A stretch of 63,692 bases of DNA, counting the filler, from Octopus bimaculoides (lineage: Eukaryota), in assembly GCF_001194135.2 (NCBI RefSeq). It is 5 parts of 5 records of this genome, joined end to end, with 100 filler letters (N's around TTAATTAATTAA, not from the genome) between each part and the next. Parts side by side here need not be neighbours in the genome. Positions count along the whole stretch, not along the records: positions 1 to 31,203 come from NC_068999.1; positions 31,304 to 38,449 come from NW_026395465.1; 3 more parts are not named here. One strand, given 5' to 3'. A model generated the notes under the pieces. The model did no database searches. It was not told where the DNA came from and saw only the letters and a program-made list of their open reading frames with translations. Shown here one piece after another: positions 27,179 to 37,930 of the stretch. Every line of letters starts with the position of its first letter. The first letter of the stretch is position 1. A program made the position numbers and the translations under genes.

Positions 27179-28063
27179 TATTGAGTCATCCCATAAATAA
27201 CGCGGTTTTTTTCAATTTCATGAACTGAAAGTAGGAGTGGGAGCGGAATAAACTACCTGCATCAACTTGCTATAAAGGCAGGTACCAATGTGACCTTGTA
27301 CTTATTCTTAGTGCAAATTTTGAAGAGTGCAGTTCGATTTTAACAGTCATCTTTTCAAAGCTATAATAGAAGTGACAAAAGAGCATATTCGGCATATTTT
27401 GCTTTCATGTGTACAATAAAGGCAACAATGTAACGGAAAGTGCGAGGAATTGAGTCTATGGGAATCGGACGAAAAGTGTAAGCCAGTGTCAACGGTGGTT
27501 CCAGTAATTCCGAGCTGGAAATTACAGCCTAGAAAACGAGCTTCATCCTGGAATATCTGTAGATTTCGACGAGGACGTGCTGCAAACTCCGGTGGAACAA
27601 AATCCCATTGTAACTGTTGAGGGACTAGCAGAGAAGCTTGGATTTGGCCATTCAACCATTCATCGATACCTGCACTAGAAGAAAAACTACCATCTTTGGT
27701 TTTAAGAAGAAAGGTGTTCTTCTATTAGCATAATGCTCGGCCACATACAGCGAAGATGACAATCCAAAGGCTGGAGCAGTTTGAATGGGAAACGATGCCC
27801 TACCCACCATATTCTCCGTAAATTACCACATCTCATTGTCTTTTATTCCAGTCTTCAAAATCATTTGGACAGAAAAAATATGAATTGTCTAGTCGACGTC
27901 AGAACAGTACTGGAGGAGTATTGTTCATCACGGACAAGTGAAGTTTAGAAAAGAGGCCGTGCAAGTCTACCAGAGAGATGGAAGAGCATTGTAGAAAATG
28001 AAGGAGAATATATTTTAGATTAAAAAATAAATTTGTTTATCGTAATTTTGAAAAATAAAATAA
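27179..28063 (+). mobile_element. Mariner transposon relic with internal deletion, right end in gap
   Basis: ta-ttgagtcatcccataaataa terminus; EVTKEHIRHIL...CQRWFQ...DEDVLQTxVEQNPIVTVEGLAEKLGFGHSTIHR HTH region; HNARPHT and PYPPYSP motifs. Confidence 0.9.
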
Positions 28064-29085
28064 NNNNNNNNNNNNNNNNNNNNNNNNNNNNNNNNNNNNN
28101 NNNNNNNNNNNNNNNNNNNNNNNNNNNNNNNNNNNNNNNNNNNNNNNNNNNNNNNNNNNNNNNNNNNNNNNNNNNNNNNNNNNNNNNNNNNNNNNNNNNN
28201 NNNNNNNNNNNNNNNNNNNNNNNNNNNNNNNNNNNNNNNNNNNNNNNNNNNNNNNNNNNNNNNNNNNNNNNNNNNNNNNNNNNNNNNNNNNNNNNNNNNN
28301 NNNNNNNNNNNNNNNNNNNNNNNNNNNNNNNNNNNNNNNNNNNNNNNNNNNNNNNNNNNNNNNNNNNNNNNNNNNNNNNNNNNNNNNNNNNNNNNNNNNN
28401 NNNNNNNNNNNNNNNNNNNNNNNNNNNNNNNNNNNNNNNNNNNNNNNNNNNNNNNNNNNNNNNNNNNNNNNNNNNNNNNNNNNNNNNNNNNNNNNNNNNN
28501 NNNNNNNNNNNNNNNNNNNNNNNNNNNNNNNNNNNNNNNNNNNNNNNNNNNNNNNNNNNNNNNNNNNNNNNNNNNNNNNNNNNNNNNNNNNTATATATAT
28601 GTATATATATGCACGCACACGTATATAGTGAGAAACACATAGAGACACACTGCATAAAGTAATTAGTTTAATGAATACTGATAAATCAAATATTATAGTT
28701 TTATTTTATTCTCCATTTGGTAATTTACGAGCAAGGCTTCTTAAGTGCTCGGCAACATTCTTGTTTTTACAACTTATGACCATTTTATCCCTCCTTATAG
28801 CCGCATCCCTATGCTATTTTCTGTGTTCAATTAATAAAAGCCAAGTTATTGTTATGTACAATAGATATAATATTTTCTCGGTGCCAAGATGTTTTGGTGG
28901 CATAAATTCACGACGCCAAATTGGGTTTGTGCTGAATCGACCAAAACGTATCTAAGCCGTAATTCGAAAGTGTCACGCTGATTCTATTTAAGAAATACGT
29001 TTAGAATAAAAGTGCTCGCGGAATACTCAGCCTCTTACATTACAATTCAATAGATAGTTCAGTTGATCGAAATTCTCATCGAAAC

Positions 29086-29277
29086 TCTTTTTACTCTTTA
29101 CTTTTTTACTTGTTTCAGTCTTTTGACTGCGGCCATGCTGGAGCACCAACTTTGGGCGAGCAAATCGACCCCAGGACTTATTCTTTATAAGCCTATTACT
29201 TATTCTATCAGCCTCTTTTTCCGAACCGCTAAGTTACGGGGACGTAAACATACCACCATCGGTTGTCAAGTGATGTT

Positions 29278-29352
<75 letters not shown>

Positions 29353-29479
29353 TACGACAAGCTTCTTTCAGTTTCCGTCTACCAAATCCACTCACAAGGC
29401 TTTGGTCGGCCCGAGACTATAGCAGAAGAAACTTGCCCAAGGTGCCACGCAGTGGGAATGAACCCAGAACCATGCGCCT
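29086..29479 (-). mobile_element. SINE family B, near complete, with internal (CA)n(TA)n and 3' tail
   Basis: Tail ttacttgtttcagtc..gcggccatgctggagcacc, then microsatellite, then core cttctttcagtttccgtctaccaaatccactcacaaggctttggtcggcccgag. Part of the head is deleted. Confidence 0.92.
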
Positions 29480-29533
29480 GACGGAAAATTCATTTAATTA
29501 TTTTCTTAGTGCTTGATATTAATAATGACTCCT

Positions 29534-29705
29534 AAGGTAGCGAGCTTGTAGAATCGTTAGCACGCCGGACAAAATGCTTAGAGGCATCTCGTCCGTTCTT
29601 TAAGTTCTGAGCTCACGTTCTCCCGTGGACGGCTGAGGTCAGTGTAAGCAACTTATACCATCTCACCAAATTGCTGGCCTTCTACCAATATTTCAAACCA
29701 AAGTC
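29534..29705 (+). mobile_element. SINE family A, diverged
   Basis: aaggtagcgagcttgtagaatcgttagcacgccggacaaaatgcttag head. Confidence 0.8.
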
Positions 29706-30270
29706 AATAATGACTTATAACATAAATACGAGATCACGCGTTTTGGGTGAGCCTAATTTGTGTATATTTTATCAAATAATATAATATGAAAACGTCGACA
29801 GGATTTGAACTCAAAGCGCAAATAATTGTAATTAAGTGTGGCAAGATATTTCATTCGTTACTCTACCGATTCTATTCTCGACACCTTAATTTCCGACTCA
29901 CTAACCGACGCAACAACCTCAATACCAATTCATTGGCACACATACGCAATCACACATACACACGCACACACAATTGCACACGCATCAAACACACAACGAA
30001 CGCAATTCACTTCCTCTTTCCACTATTCACACTGCATCACTTAAGCCGAATTATAAAGTCAGCCATCTTCCTTAACTTATCGTCTGCTGGAGGCAGTAAG
30101 AATCTTCTCTGGATTCAATGAAGCAGAGATGAATTGAAGGTTTGATGACTGTCAACAGCACACCTCCATTGCTACCCACCGCCACTCCTCTATTTCCACG
30201 AAAACCAACTAAAACAACAAATTTACAGCGTTATCAACACAAACACCGACATTACTTCAAGAAATATCAC

Positions 30271-30369
<99 letters not shown>

Positions 30370-30371
30370 GT

Positions 30372-30585
30372 AAGGCGGTGAGGTGGCAGAATCGTTAGCG
30401 CACCGGGGGAAATGCTTAGTGGTATATCGTCCGTCGCTACGTTCTAAGTTCAAATTCCGCCGAGGTCGACTTTGCCTTTCAACCTTAGGAGTCGATAAAA
30501 TAAGCAGTTGAATATTGGGTCGATGTAATCGACTTAATCCCTCCCCAAATTTAAGGCCTTGTGCCTATATTAGAAACTATTCTTC
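30372..30585 (+). mobile_element. SINE family A, array unit 1
   Basis: Full-length copy directly after a ~100-bp (ATT)n run. Confidence 0.93.
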
Positions 30586-30614
30586 TTCTTATTATTACTA
30601 TCATCATCATTATT

Positions 30615-30815
30615 AAGGACGTGAGCTGGCAGAATCATTAGCACGCCGGGCGAAATGCTTTACGTTTTGAGTTCAAATTCAGCCGAGTTTTGACTCTGCC
30701 TTTCATTCTTTCGGGGTGGATAAATTAGGAACCAGTGAAAGACTGGTCCGAATGTAATCGATTTGTTCCCTTCTCTAAAATTTCAGGCCTTGTGCCTAGA
30801 GTAGAAAAGATTATT
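30615..30815 (+). mobile_element. SINE family A, array unit 2
   Basis: Full head and tail with a small internal deletion. Confidence 0.93.
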
Positions 30816-30825
30816 ATTTATTATT

Positions 30826-31050
30826 AACAATGGGGGGAGCTGGCAGAAACTTTAGCACGCCGGGTGAAACGCTTAGTGGTATTTCGTCTGCCGCTACGTT
30901 CTGAGTTCAAATTCCGACGAGGTCGACTTTGCCTTTCATCGTTTCTGGGTCGATAAATTAAGTACCAGTTGAGTACTGGGGTCAATGTGATCGACTGTTC
31001 GCCACCCCACAAAATCCAGGCCTTGTGCCTATAGTGGAAAGGATTATTGT
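30826..31050 (+). mobile_element. SINE family A, array unit 3
   Basis: Full-length copy ending gtggaaaggattattg. Confidence 0.93.
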
Positions 31051-31064
31051 TATTATTATTATTA

Positions 31065-31203
31065 ACAAAGCAGCGAGCTGGCAGAACCATTAGCACGCTG
31101 CACGAAATGCTTAGCGGTATTTCCCCCGTCGCTAGGTTCTAAGTTCAAATTCCGCCGACGTCGACTTTGCCTTTCATCCTTTCGGAGTGGATAAGTTAAG
31201 TAT
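31065..31203 (+). mobile_element. SINE family A, array unit 4, truncated by gap
   Basis: aaagcagcgagctggcagaaccattagcacg through ttcatcctttcggag. Confidence 0.9.
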
Positions 31204-31247
31204 NNNNNNNNNNNNNNNNNNNNNNNNNNNNNNNNNNNNNNNNNNNN

Positions 31248-31259
31248 TTAATTAATTAA
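31248..31259. other. Assembly gap token ttaattaattaa (44 N + 12 nt + 44 N); recurs at 38494-38505, 50479-50490 and 62357-62368
   Basis: Identical 12-mer centred in 100-nt N blocks four times; a stop-rich spacer, not biological sequence. Confidence 0.95.
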
Positions 31260-31394
31260 NNNNNNNNNNNNNNNNNNNNNNNNNNNNNNNNNNNNNNNNN
31301 NNNTAATAACACGTCCGACCAGTAAACTCACGGAGCCGTTATACCGCTAAGCATTTCGCCCGGCGTGCTAACGTTTCTTAATTTTTTATTATCC

Positions 31395-32735
31395 TTAAGG
31401 ACATTACATAGAAGGGACTGCACAATGAAATCGAATGGTTTTACATGAAATGCGATTGGGGTCCTTTAAAAAATTCTAAATACATTATATATAATACGGA
31501 TGATGATAGGACACAATAAGACATAACAGATGGAGTGGAGGTGGGTTTATAACGAACCCCGCCGTACCACTGACCTGGGTTTTTGAACCATATCGCATTC
31601 ACACGGAGCTTTTCATGCCCAACATTCGTGCGACATTCTTCCATCTTTTTCCAAACCTGTCTTCAGTCAAACATCTCCTCTCCAGCTCTATTTGCCTTTT
31701 TAGGTAGAAGATGAAAAAATTCGCCAGAGATGAAGGTGCCTAACCTTATTCCTTTCATTCTTGTCCTCCATATAATCCCTCTCGCAGTTGCTACTACAGA
31801 GAGAAAACAATTCTTACCTTCTTTCGTTAAGAAATCCGGTAGGTTAATTTTCACTATAGATTCAGTCAACAGCTGTACTCTTCCTCCAGTTGTTCGGCAT
31901 AAACCCACACGTCAGACACATCCGGGCACTAAACAATAGCGTGCGGGACGGTTTCCTTGTCCCACCCACATCTTGGACAGATTGGAGTGTCTCGGCCACC
32001 GTGCCTTGAGAATTTATCCCGGACAGGTAAGGCTCCGCGGTAACACTGCCATGCCAAAGACTTCTGAAAATTATCCAGGGTCTTCGGTCCGAATGTACGT
32101 TGGAACAGACTGGCCAGATGACTATCGTCAAAATCTAGGGTTTCCCTCAATGTATCATCGCATTCCGCCTCTAGAAACCGTCTATAAAAGACAGCGGTGG
32201 AACCACTACCACAGACATTGCCTGGGCGACGGAAAAGCAGGAGTGCCTTGCGACACTCCGTATACTATGTACCCAACTTCAATCTACGATTGAACCAGGT
32301 TTCCCGTCCCTCGAAACTAGTGAACCTGGGAAACCATACCTGCTGGCAAAACGGGTGTGGTTTCACCAGCGAAGACCACACCCGTTCACCATTCAGGTAG
32401 AGCCACAGGTTCCTCAGTGCAGGTTTGCGCATCAACAGCCAAGGCATCCCTAGCCCACCTTTTAATGGTTGTTGACAGCAAATAGAGTGTCTTACAAACG
32501 GTTTCAAGCCCTGCCATAAGAAGTGGAAGAGCTGTCTTTCCAGCTTGATCAACCACGAATCAGGACAAGGCACAACGGTTAGGCAGTATATGATGACCAA
32601 TGCGATAAACACATTGGCCACCTCCACCCTCCCTTTCAGGGATAGCCACCGCCAAGAACAGGTCTTGGCAATGTGGGTCACCCTGCTCGATACCTCGGCC
32701 CAATTCTTCTCTATTTGGAGGTCTGGTCCGAACCA
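31395..32735 (-). mobile_element. Tx1-like (L1 clade) LINE 3' portion, 5'-truncated and frameshifted
   Basis: WFGPDLQIEKNW; SWRWLSLKGRVEVANVFIA...LFHFLWQG...CCQQPLKGGLGMP; zinc knuckle CPRCGWDKETVPHAIV in ORF 31929-32150. Confidence 0.9.
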
Positions 32736-32754
32736 TTTAAATTTTTATATAAAA

Positions 32755-32901
32755 CATACGTCGGGCTTCTTTCAGTTTCTGACTATAGCATTCACTCACA
32801 TAGATTTGGTCGGGCGGTGCCCAAAGTGCTACGCAGTGGGACTGAACTCGAAACCACCTGGTTGCAAAGCGAGCTTCTAACTACATAGAAATACCTGCGC
32901 C
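32755..32901 (-). mobile_element. SINE family B
   Basis: cgtcgggcttctttcagtttc..gcagtgggactgaactcgaaacc..cctgcgcc. Confidence 0.88.
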
Positions 32902-33297
32902 ACAGGCAATTAATTTAAAATTTCTTCTTCATTGAATCTATTTTAAATTGAATTTAATAAACGGTNNNNNNNNNNNNNNNNNNNNNNNNNNNNNNNNNNN
33001 NNNNNNNNNNNNNNNNNNNNNNNNNNNNNNNNNNNNNNNNNNNNNNNNNNNNNNNNNNNNNNNNNNNNNNNNNNNNNNNNNNNNNNNNNNNNNNNNNNNN
33101 NNNNNNNNNNNNNNNNNNNNNNNNNNNNNNNNNNNNNNNNNNNNNNNNNNNNNNNNNNNNNNNNNNNNNNNNNNNNNNNNNNNNNNNNNNNNNNNNNNNN
33201 NNNNNNNNNAGTGAAAAGTAATACGATTCTTACATGATGAATCAATCCAGTAAAATTTTCAATGTTTCAAGCTGTCTCCTCATTAACCCGCAGCATA

Positions 33298-33514
33298 TTG
33301 GTTTCAAATTTTGGTATAGAGCCAGCAAGCTCGGGGGAGGGAGCAAGTCGGTTACATCGATCCCAGTTCTCAACTGGTACTTACTTTATCGATCCCGGAA
33401 GGATGAAAGGCAAAGTCGACCTTGGTGCAATTTGAACTCAGAACGTAAAGACGGACGAAGTGCCGCTAACAATTTTTACCTGGCGCGGTAACGCTTCTGC
33501 CAGCTCGCCGCCTT
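33298..33514 (-). mobile_element. SINE family A, full length
   Basis: ggatgaaaggcaaagtcgacc..tttgaactcagaacg..ttctgccagctcgccgcctt. Confidence 0.92.
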
Positions 33515-33529
33515 CTAACCCGTAGTATA

Positions 33530-33770
33530 TTATGTAGCACTGGATATTACTAACTCATAGGAACGGTTACTCGGTTTCAACGGCGCATAAGTGACTGAAA
33601 TCACAACAGTCACCCTGAACGGAACGCCAGTTAGTCGCAGGCTCACTCAGTTACAGCTGAATGAATTGGGGCAACGTGAAATGAAGTGTTTTACAAAAGA
33701 ACACAACATACTACACGGTCCGCGAATCGAAACCACGATCTTGCGATCATGAGTGCAACACTCTAACCCA
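33530..33770 (-). mobile_element. SINE family C
   Basis: gcaacgtgaaatgaagtg..aagaacacaac..aatcgaaaccacgatcttgcgatcatgagtgc, homologous to 24905-25110. Confidence 0.8.
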
Positions 33771-34069
33771 CACACCTTCATTCTAACAAACGAGCAATTA
33801 GGAGAAATATATAAAACCTAAAATTTAAATCCCACTTCCAGCTTTGTGGAGGAGTGATTGAGAACAGTTTGCAAGATACTGGAGCTTATAGCTGCTTCCC
33901 AGTTAATAAGAATGTCATATAATGTATAAAACTTTAACAAATGACTGTTAACAGTAGTAAACAACCAGAGGATGTAAGAAGGCCTTAAAATCATTAATGT
34001 TAGGAACAAAAGTCTATGAACAGTAAACTTCAAGAAAATCAGTATTATTGAAGCTAGTTGATGTTAAAC

Positions 34070-34265
34070 CGCAAGTTGGAGCTGATTGACTGAAATATGA
34101 TCAAAAGCATTCCATTCATCTCATTTCTCTCCTTTCCTCTCGCTGCACCCTCGACTACACCATATAACGTGTACTTGCCCCTTTCAAGACAGTAGGGTGC
34201 GATTTTAGTGAGATTCGGCTGGTAAGTAGATCAAGCAACCACGTAGAAAGTCCCTCGTTGGCTCG
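34070..34265. repeat. Interspersed repeat family D
   Basis: gatcaaaagcattcca and gcgattttagtgagattcggctg..caaccacgtaga resemble 4676-4870. Confidence 0.5.
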
Positions 34266-34442
34266 TATTTAATGGTTCAGTGTAATGTAAAATGAAAGAA
34301 AATAGTATGACCTTTTTTTTACTCTTCCTACATCATAATTTCGGGTCAGTAGTGAACTGACAGAAATATCGAGAAACTTCTAACCTACGACAACATTTCA
34401 AAATAAATATAAACGAAAATAACCTCACCTATCACCTCACCC

Positions 34443-34623
34443 TATATAACCAAGCCAATGGGGTCCGTATGAATACACTCAAGCCATCCCTCTCCTAACA
34501 AAACATCTCACCTATTTAACAGTTGTAATTTGACGAGATTGGTTGGGCGGATACAACAGAAGCTTCGTTTTATTACAGTATTCGTTTTCTGTCTGTCTCT
34601 TCTTCAACTTAAATGCTGTGAGT
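34443..34623 (+). promoter_or_regulatory. Candidate Pol II promoter and short first exon
   Basis: CCAAT at 34455, inverted ATTGG at 34538, GC box GGGCGG at 34545, ATG at 34613 and donor-like GCT|GTGAGT at 34618, all in non-repetitive DNA. Motif co-occurrence only. Confidence 0.25.
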
Positions 34624-35261
34624 GACATAGATTCAATGTAATCTACACGACACAAAACCAAACGTAGGAGACTGTTACCTTTTTGTGCTTTTATTTATTT
34701 CAAACAAATAAATACTGTTTTCTGACCTAGTTGTTTCATTCCTTTGATTCATAAATATGTAGAAATTTATTTTCTTATCAGGGGAAAAATTGCGAGCGTA
34801 TAACATCAGGAAATGTATCATTTGTCAACAGACTTAATTATGGCTTTAGTTATTAGCAAACGTGATAAACTTCAAAATAATTGTTAAAAAATTTTTTTTT
34901 AAAAAAAGGGCAAACACAAAATAAGAAAAGCGTTTATGTAGTTAAAGTGAGAAGGAATTTTTATTGAGCAGGAAGCCAGTTTTTTTTTNNNNNNNNNNNN
35001 NNNNNNNNNNNNNNNNNNNNNNNNNNNNNNNNNNNNNNNNNNNNNNNNNNNNNNNNNNNNNNNNNNNNNNNNNNNNNNNNNNNNNNNNNNNNNNNNNNNN
35101 NNNNNNNNNNNNNNNNNNNNNNNNNNNNNNNNNNNNNNNNNNNNNNNNNNNNNNNNNNNNNNNNNNNNNNNNNNNNNNNNNNNNNNNNNNNNNNNNNNNN
35201 NNNNNNNNNNNNNNNNNNNNNNNNNNNNNNNNNNNNNNNNNNNNNNNNNNNNNNNNNNNNN

Positions 35262-35298
<37 letters not shown>

Positions 35299-35372
35299 GA
35301 TGATAAACGCATACATACACATAAATTATAAACAATTTATACCTCACCTCCTTACATGCATATATGTGTATA

Positions 35373-35660
35373 TGGCCCAACGGTTAAGGTGATGCACTCA
35401 CGATCACGAGATCGTGGTTTCAATTCCTAGATCGGTTAGTGTGTTGTGTTTTTGAGCAAAACACTTCACTTCACGTTCTGCGATTATTTCGACGCCTGAC
35501 GCGTGGTACACAGTGCACCTGTTCAGGAAACGTTGATTTGATGAAGAGAGTTAGCTAATGTGCAACACGTACACTAAATCACTATACAAATCATTTCTTC
35601 AGGTCGTTCGGCAAAAGTGAACGCTCATATGTCGTCTTCGACGGGAGAGTCCATCGCACA
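35373..35660 (+). mobile_element. SINE family C head with a different 3' half
   Basis: tggcccaacggttaaggtgatgcactcacgatcacgagatcgtggtttcaattcc..ttgagcaaaacacttcacttcacgtt; it diverges from the other C copies after the core. Confidence 0.75.
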
Positions 35661-36077
35661 CACACAGAGTTTTTTTTTTTTAATGGACAGTTTAACTTAG
35701 AATGTACATTTATACTCAGTATTTGGCTAAGCGCCCTGTCAGTGTGTCAACGAAATATAAAAGGCACAATGAAAGTGTCTTCGATAGTAATTATCTTTGA
35801 ACACGCCAGTAGAATGGACAAACTAAGATATGGTATATACACTGCCAATTGTATCGATATGGACTATATATATGAACAACTATAAGAAGATGTAACTAGT
35901 TTAATAATTCAAGTCTTCGTCTGAATTTAATTTACTATATACATCGTATGATGATATACTTAAAGTTCAAATATATAAATCAGTCGTATCTAAGTGCAGG
36001 GACCTTTTTGTATGATCATGCGCACAAAGCATTAATTTGTAGTAGAGAAACATAAACTGCAATATGTATTAAAAGTT

Positions 36078-36172
36078 TAAGGCAGCCAACTGGCAGAGAC
36101 GTTTGCACACCGGGCGGAATGCTTAGCGGCATCTCGTCCGTCTTGACGTTATGAGTTCAAATTCCACTGTGG
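36078..36172 (+). mobile_element. SINE family A, 5' half
   Basis: aaggcagccaactggcagagacgtttgcacaccgggcggaatgcttagcgg..gagttcaaattcc. Confidence 0.85.
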
Positions 36173-36174
36173 CT

Positions 36175-36292
36175 GACTAAGAAAGCTTTGGTCGACCTAG
36201 GGCCATAGCAGAAGAAATTTGCTCATGGCGCAGCACAGTGGGACTGAACTCGAAGCCAAACGATTGCAAAACGAGCTTCTTAACCACACACA
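36175..36292 (-). mobile_element. SINE family B, 5' half, abutting the A copy tail-to-tail
   Basis: aagctttggtcgacc..cagtgggactgaactcgaagcc..gagcttcttaaccacac. Confidence 0.85.
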
Positions 36293-36728
36293 AAATTTTA
36301 AAATAAAGTGAGTCGGTGTTAGTCGGATTAGAATGACTGAGAGGTAGAAAATCACGGAAATGCCGTCTGGTCAGGTTTTTATTGATTGTAATCAAATATC
36401 AAAAAAGACCATTGTGATTTTATTGCAGATCTTTACATAACTTGGTACCTCTGCCGAACCAATTATAGTAAACATGTTTGTCAGATGCTAATTAACTGCT
36501 TCAATGCAAGATAAGTAATAGATACATGAATATTATCAATTTACGAGTATCAACTAGAAGAAAAAAAATGAATGTAGCTTAAAATAGTTATATCCGAAAT
36601 GAAGTAATAACTGTAACTTCTGAGTGAAAAATCCAATATTCACAGCGAGAAACATGAGGAGAACAGGATGTATGTCTATCTATCTATGAATGAATGACAA
36701 AAGAATGAGTTACGTAATCACTTTTATT

Positions 36729-36799
36729 AGCTTACAGCTGTTTCTGCTATACAAAACAATGCACTCACTGAGTTGTGAGTGCATTGTTTCCTAAGAGCT
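36729..36799 (-). ncRNA. Decayed type I hammerhead ribozyme motif
   Basis: Minus strand: agct-CTTAGGA-[long hairpin]-ttgtatagca-GAAAC-agct-GTA-agct. The core G5 is a T. Confidence 0.5.
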
Positions 36800-36804
36800 G
36801 TTTA

Positions 36805-36942
36805 AATGGCTGAGTTCTGAATTCAAATTCCGCCGAAGTTAACTTCGCTTTTCATCCTTTCGAGGCCAGTAAAATACGTACTAATTGAGCACTGATGCTG
36901 ATCTAATCGACTCGTGCCCTGAAATTGCCGAAGTTTGAAACC
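36805..36942 (+). mobile_element. SINE family A, 5'-truncated
   Basis: ttctgaattcaaattccgccgaagttaacttcgcttttcatcctttcg..ctgaaattgc..tttgaaacc. Confidence 0.8.
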
Positions 36943-37711
36943 GTAAGTTTTAGAAAAATGTCATTATTAAAAGATGAGGAAATATTCATTGTCCTAAAAA
37001 TGGCGCTATATAATAACGGTGATACTATTCAATCTTCTAGGCACACCTAGCTCAACATTCAGCGGTGGTCAAGCTGGCTGGCGGTGTAGACAGCTTTCCC
37101 AGAATCCCCAAGCCGTAGCATTCAACAGGAAAAATGGGGTCCGGGGTTTAATGAATGCAGGGAAAGTAGATGAAGGCTGTGGTGAGGAGATGTGAGCTGT
37201 GAAAGAGGTATAGAGACATCAACCGACCTCAGTTGTTAGTTGGGTTACATTAATGAGAAAGGGACTTTTGGATCATCCTGTACATCAGCCAAGTATCAGA
37301 CATGTGTTGGCGTTTCGCCAGGAACTTCGCACTACACCATGGCATCCATTAATTAAATCATGTTATTAAATCATCGCCCCATGTTAATCAGACCGTCTTG
37401 TTAGTAATAAATATCAACTATATATAAAATTGTTAAATACAAACTGTCAGTAATATATTACTAACAGCTAGTCGTGTTGTTCATATGATGAATTATTTAA
37501 AAACGAATTAGGAAACAATTATTAACAATGTTAGTCATCTAGAACTGGTCTCAGAAAAATGATGCGAATAGTTACAGAGATGGTGGAATAAGTCCATTTA
37601 CTTGGGTTATTTTTGAATATGTTTCATCACTGAACATTGTTAGTTTATTACAGAATTCTCTCGTTTTGAGGGTTCTTGAAATGGTAGGTGAATATAAGCC
37701 AATAATAATAA

Positions 37712-37930
37712 TAATCCCTTCTACTATAGGCACAAGGCCTGAAATTTTGGAAGAGGGGCGAGTCGATTACATCGACCCTAGTACTCAACTGGTACTTATT
37801 TTATCGACCCCGAATGGATGAAAGGCAAAGTCGACCTCGGCAGAATTTGAACTCAGAGCGTAAAAAACGGACGAAATACCAATTTCTTTATTACCCACAA
37901 GGGGCTAAACACAGATGGGACAATACACAC
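37712..37930 (-). mobile_element. SINE family A, headless body joined to a different 3' tail
   Basis: Low-divergence body at 37712-37880; at gaaatacc it switches to aatttctttattacccacaaggggctaaacacag. Confidence 0.85.

Noticed and set aside
30372-31203. CRISPR-like repeat-spacer appearance of the tandem array
   Set aside because: Units are ~210-bp diverged SINEs, the spacers are (ATT)n, there are no cas genes, and the context is eukaryotic.
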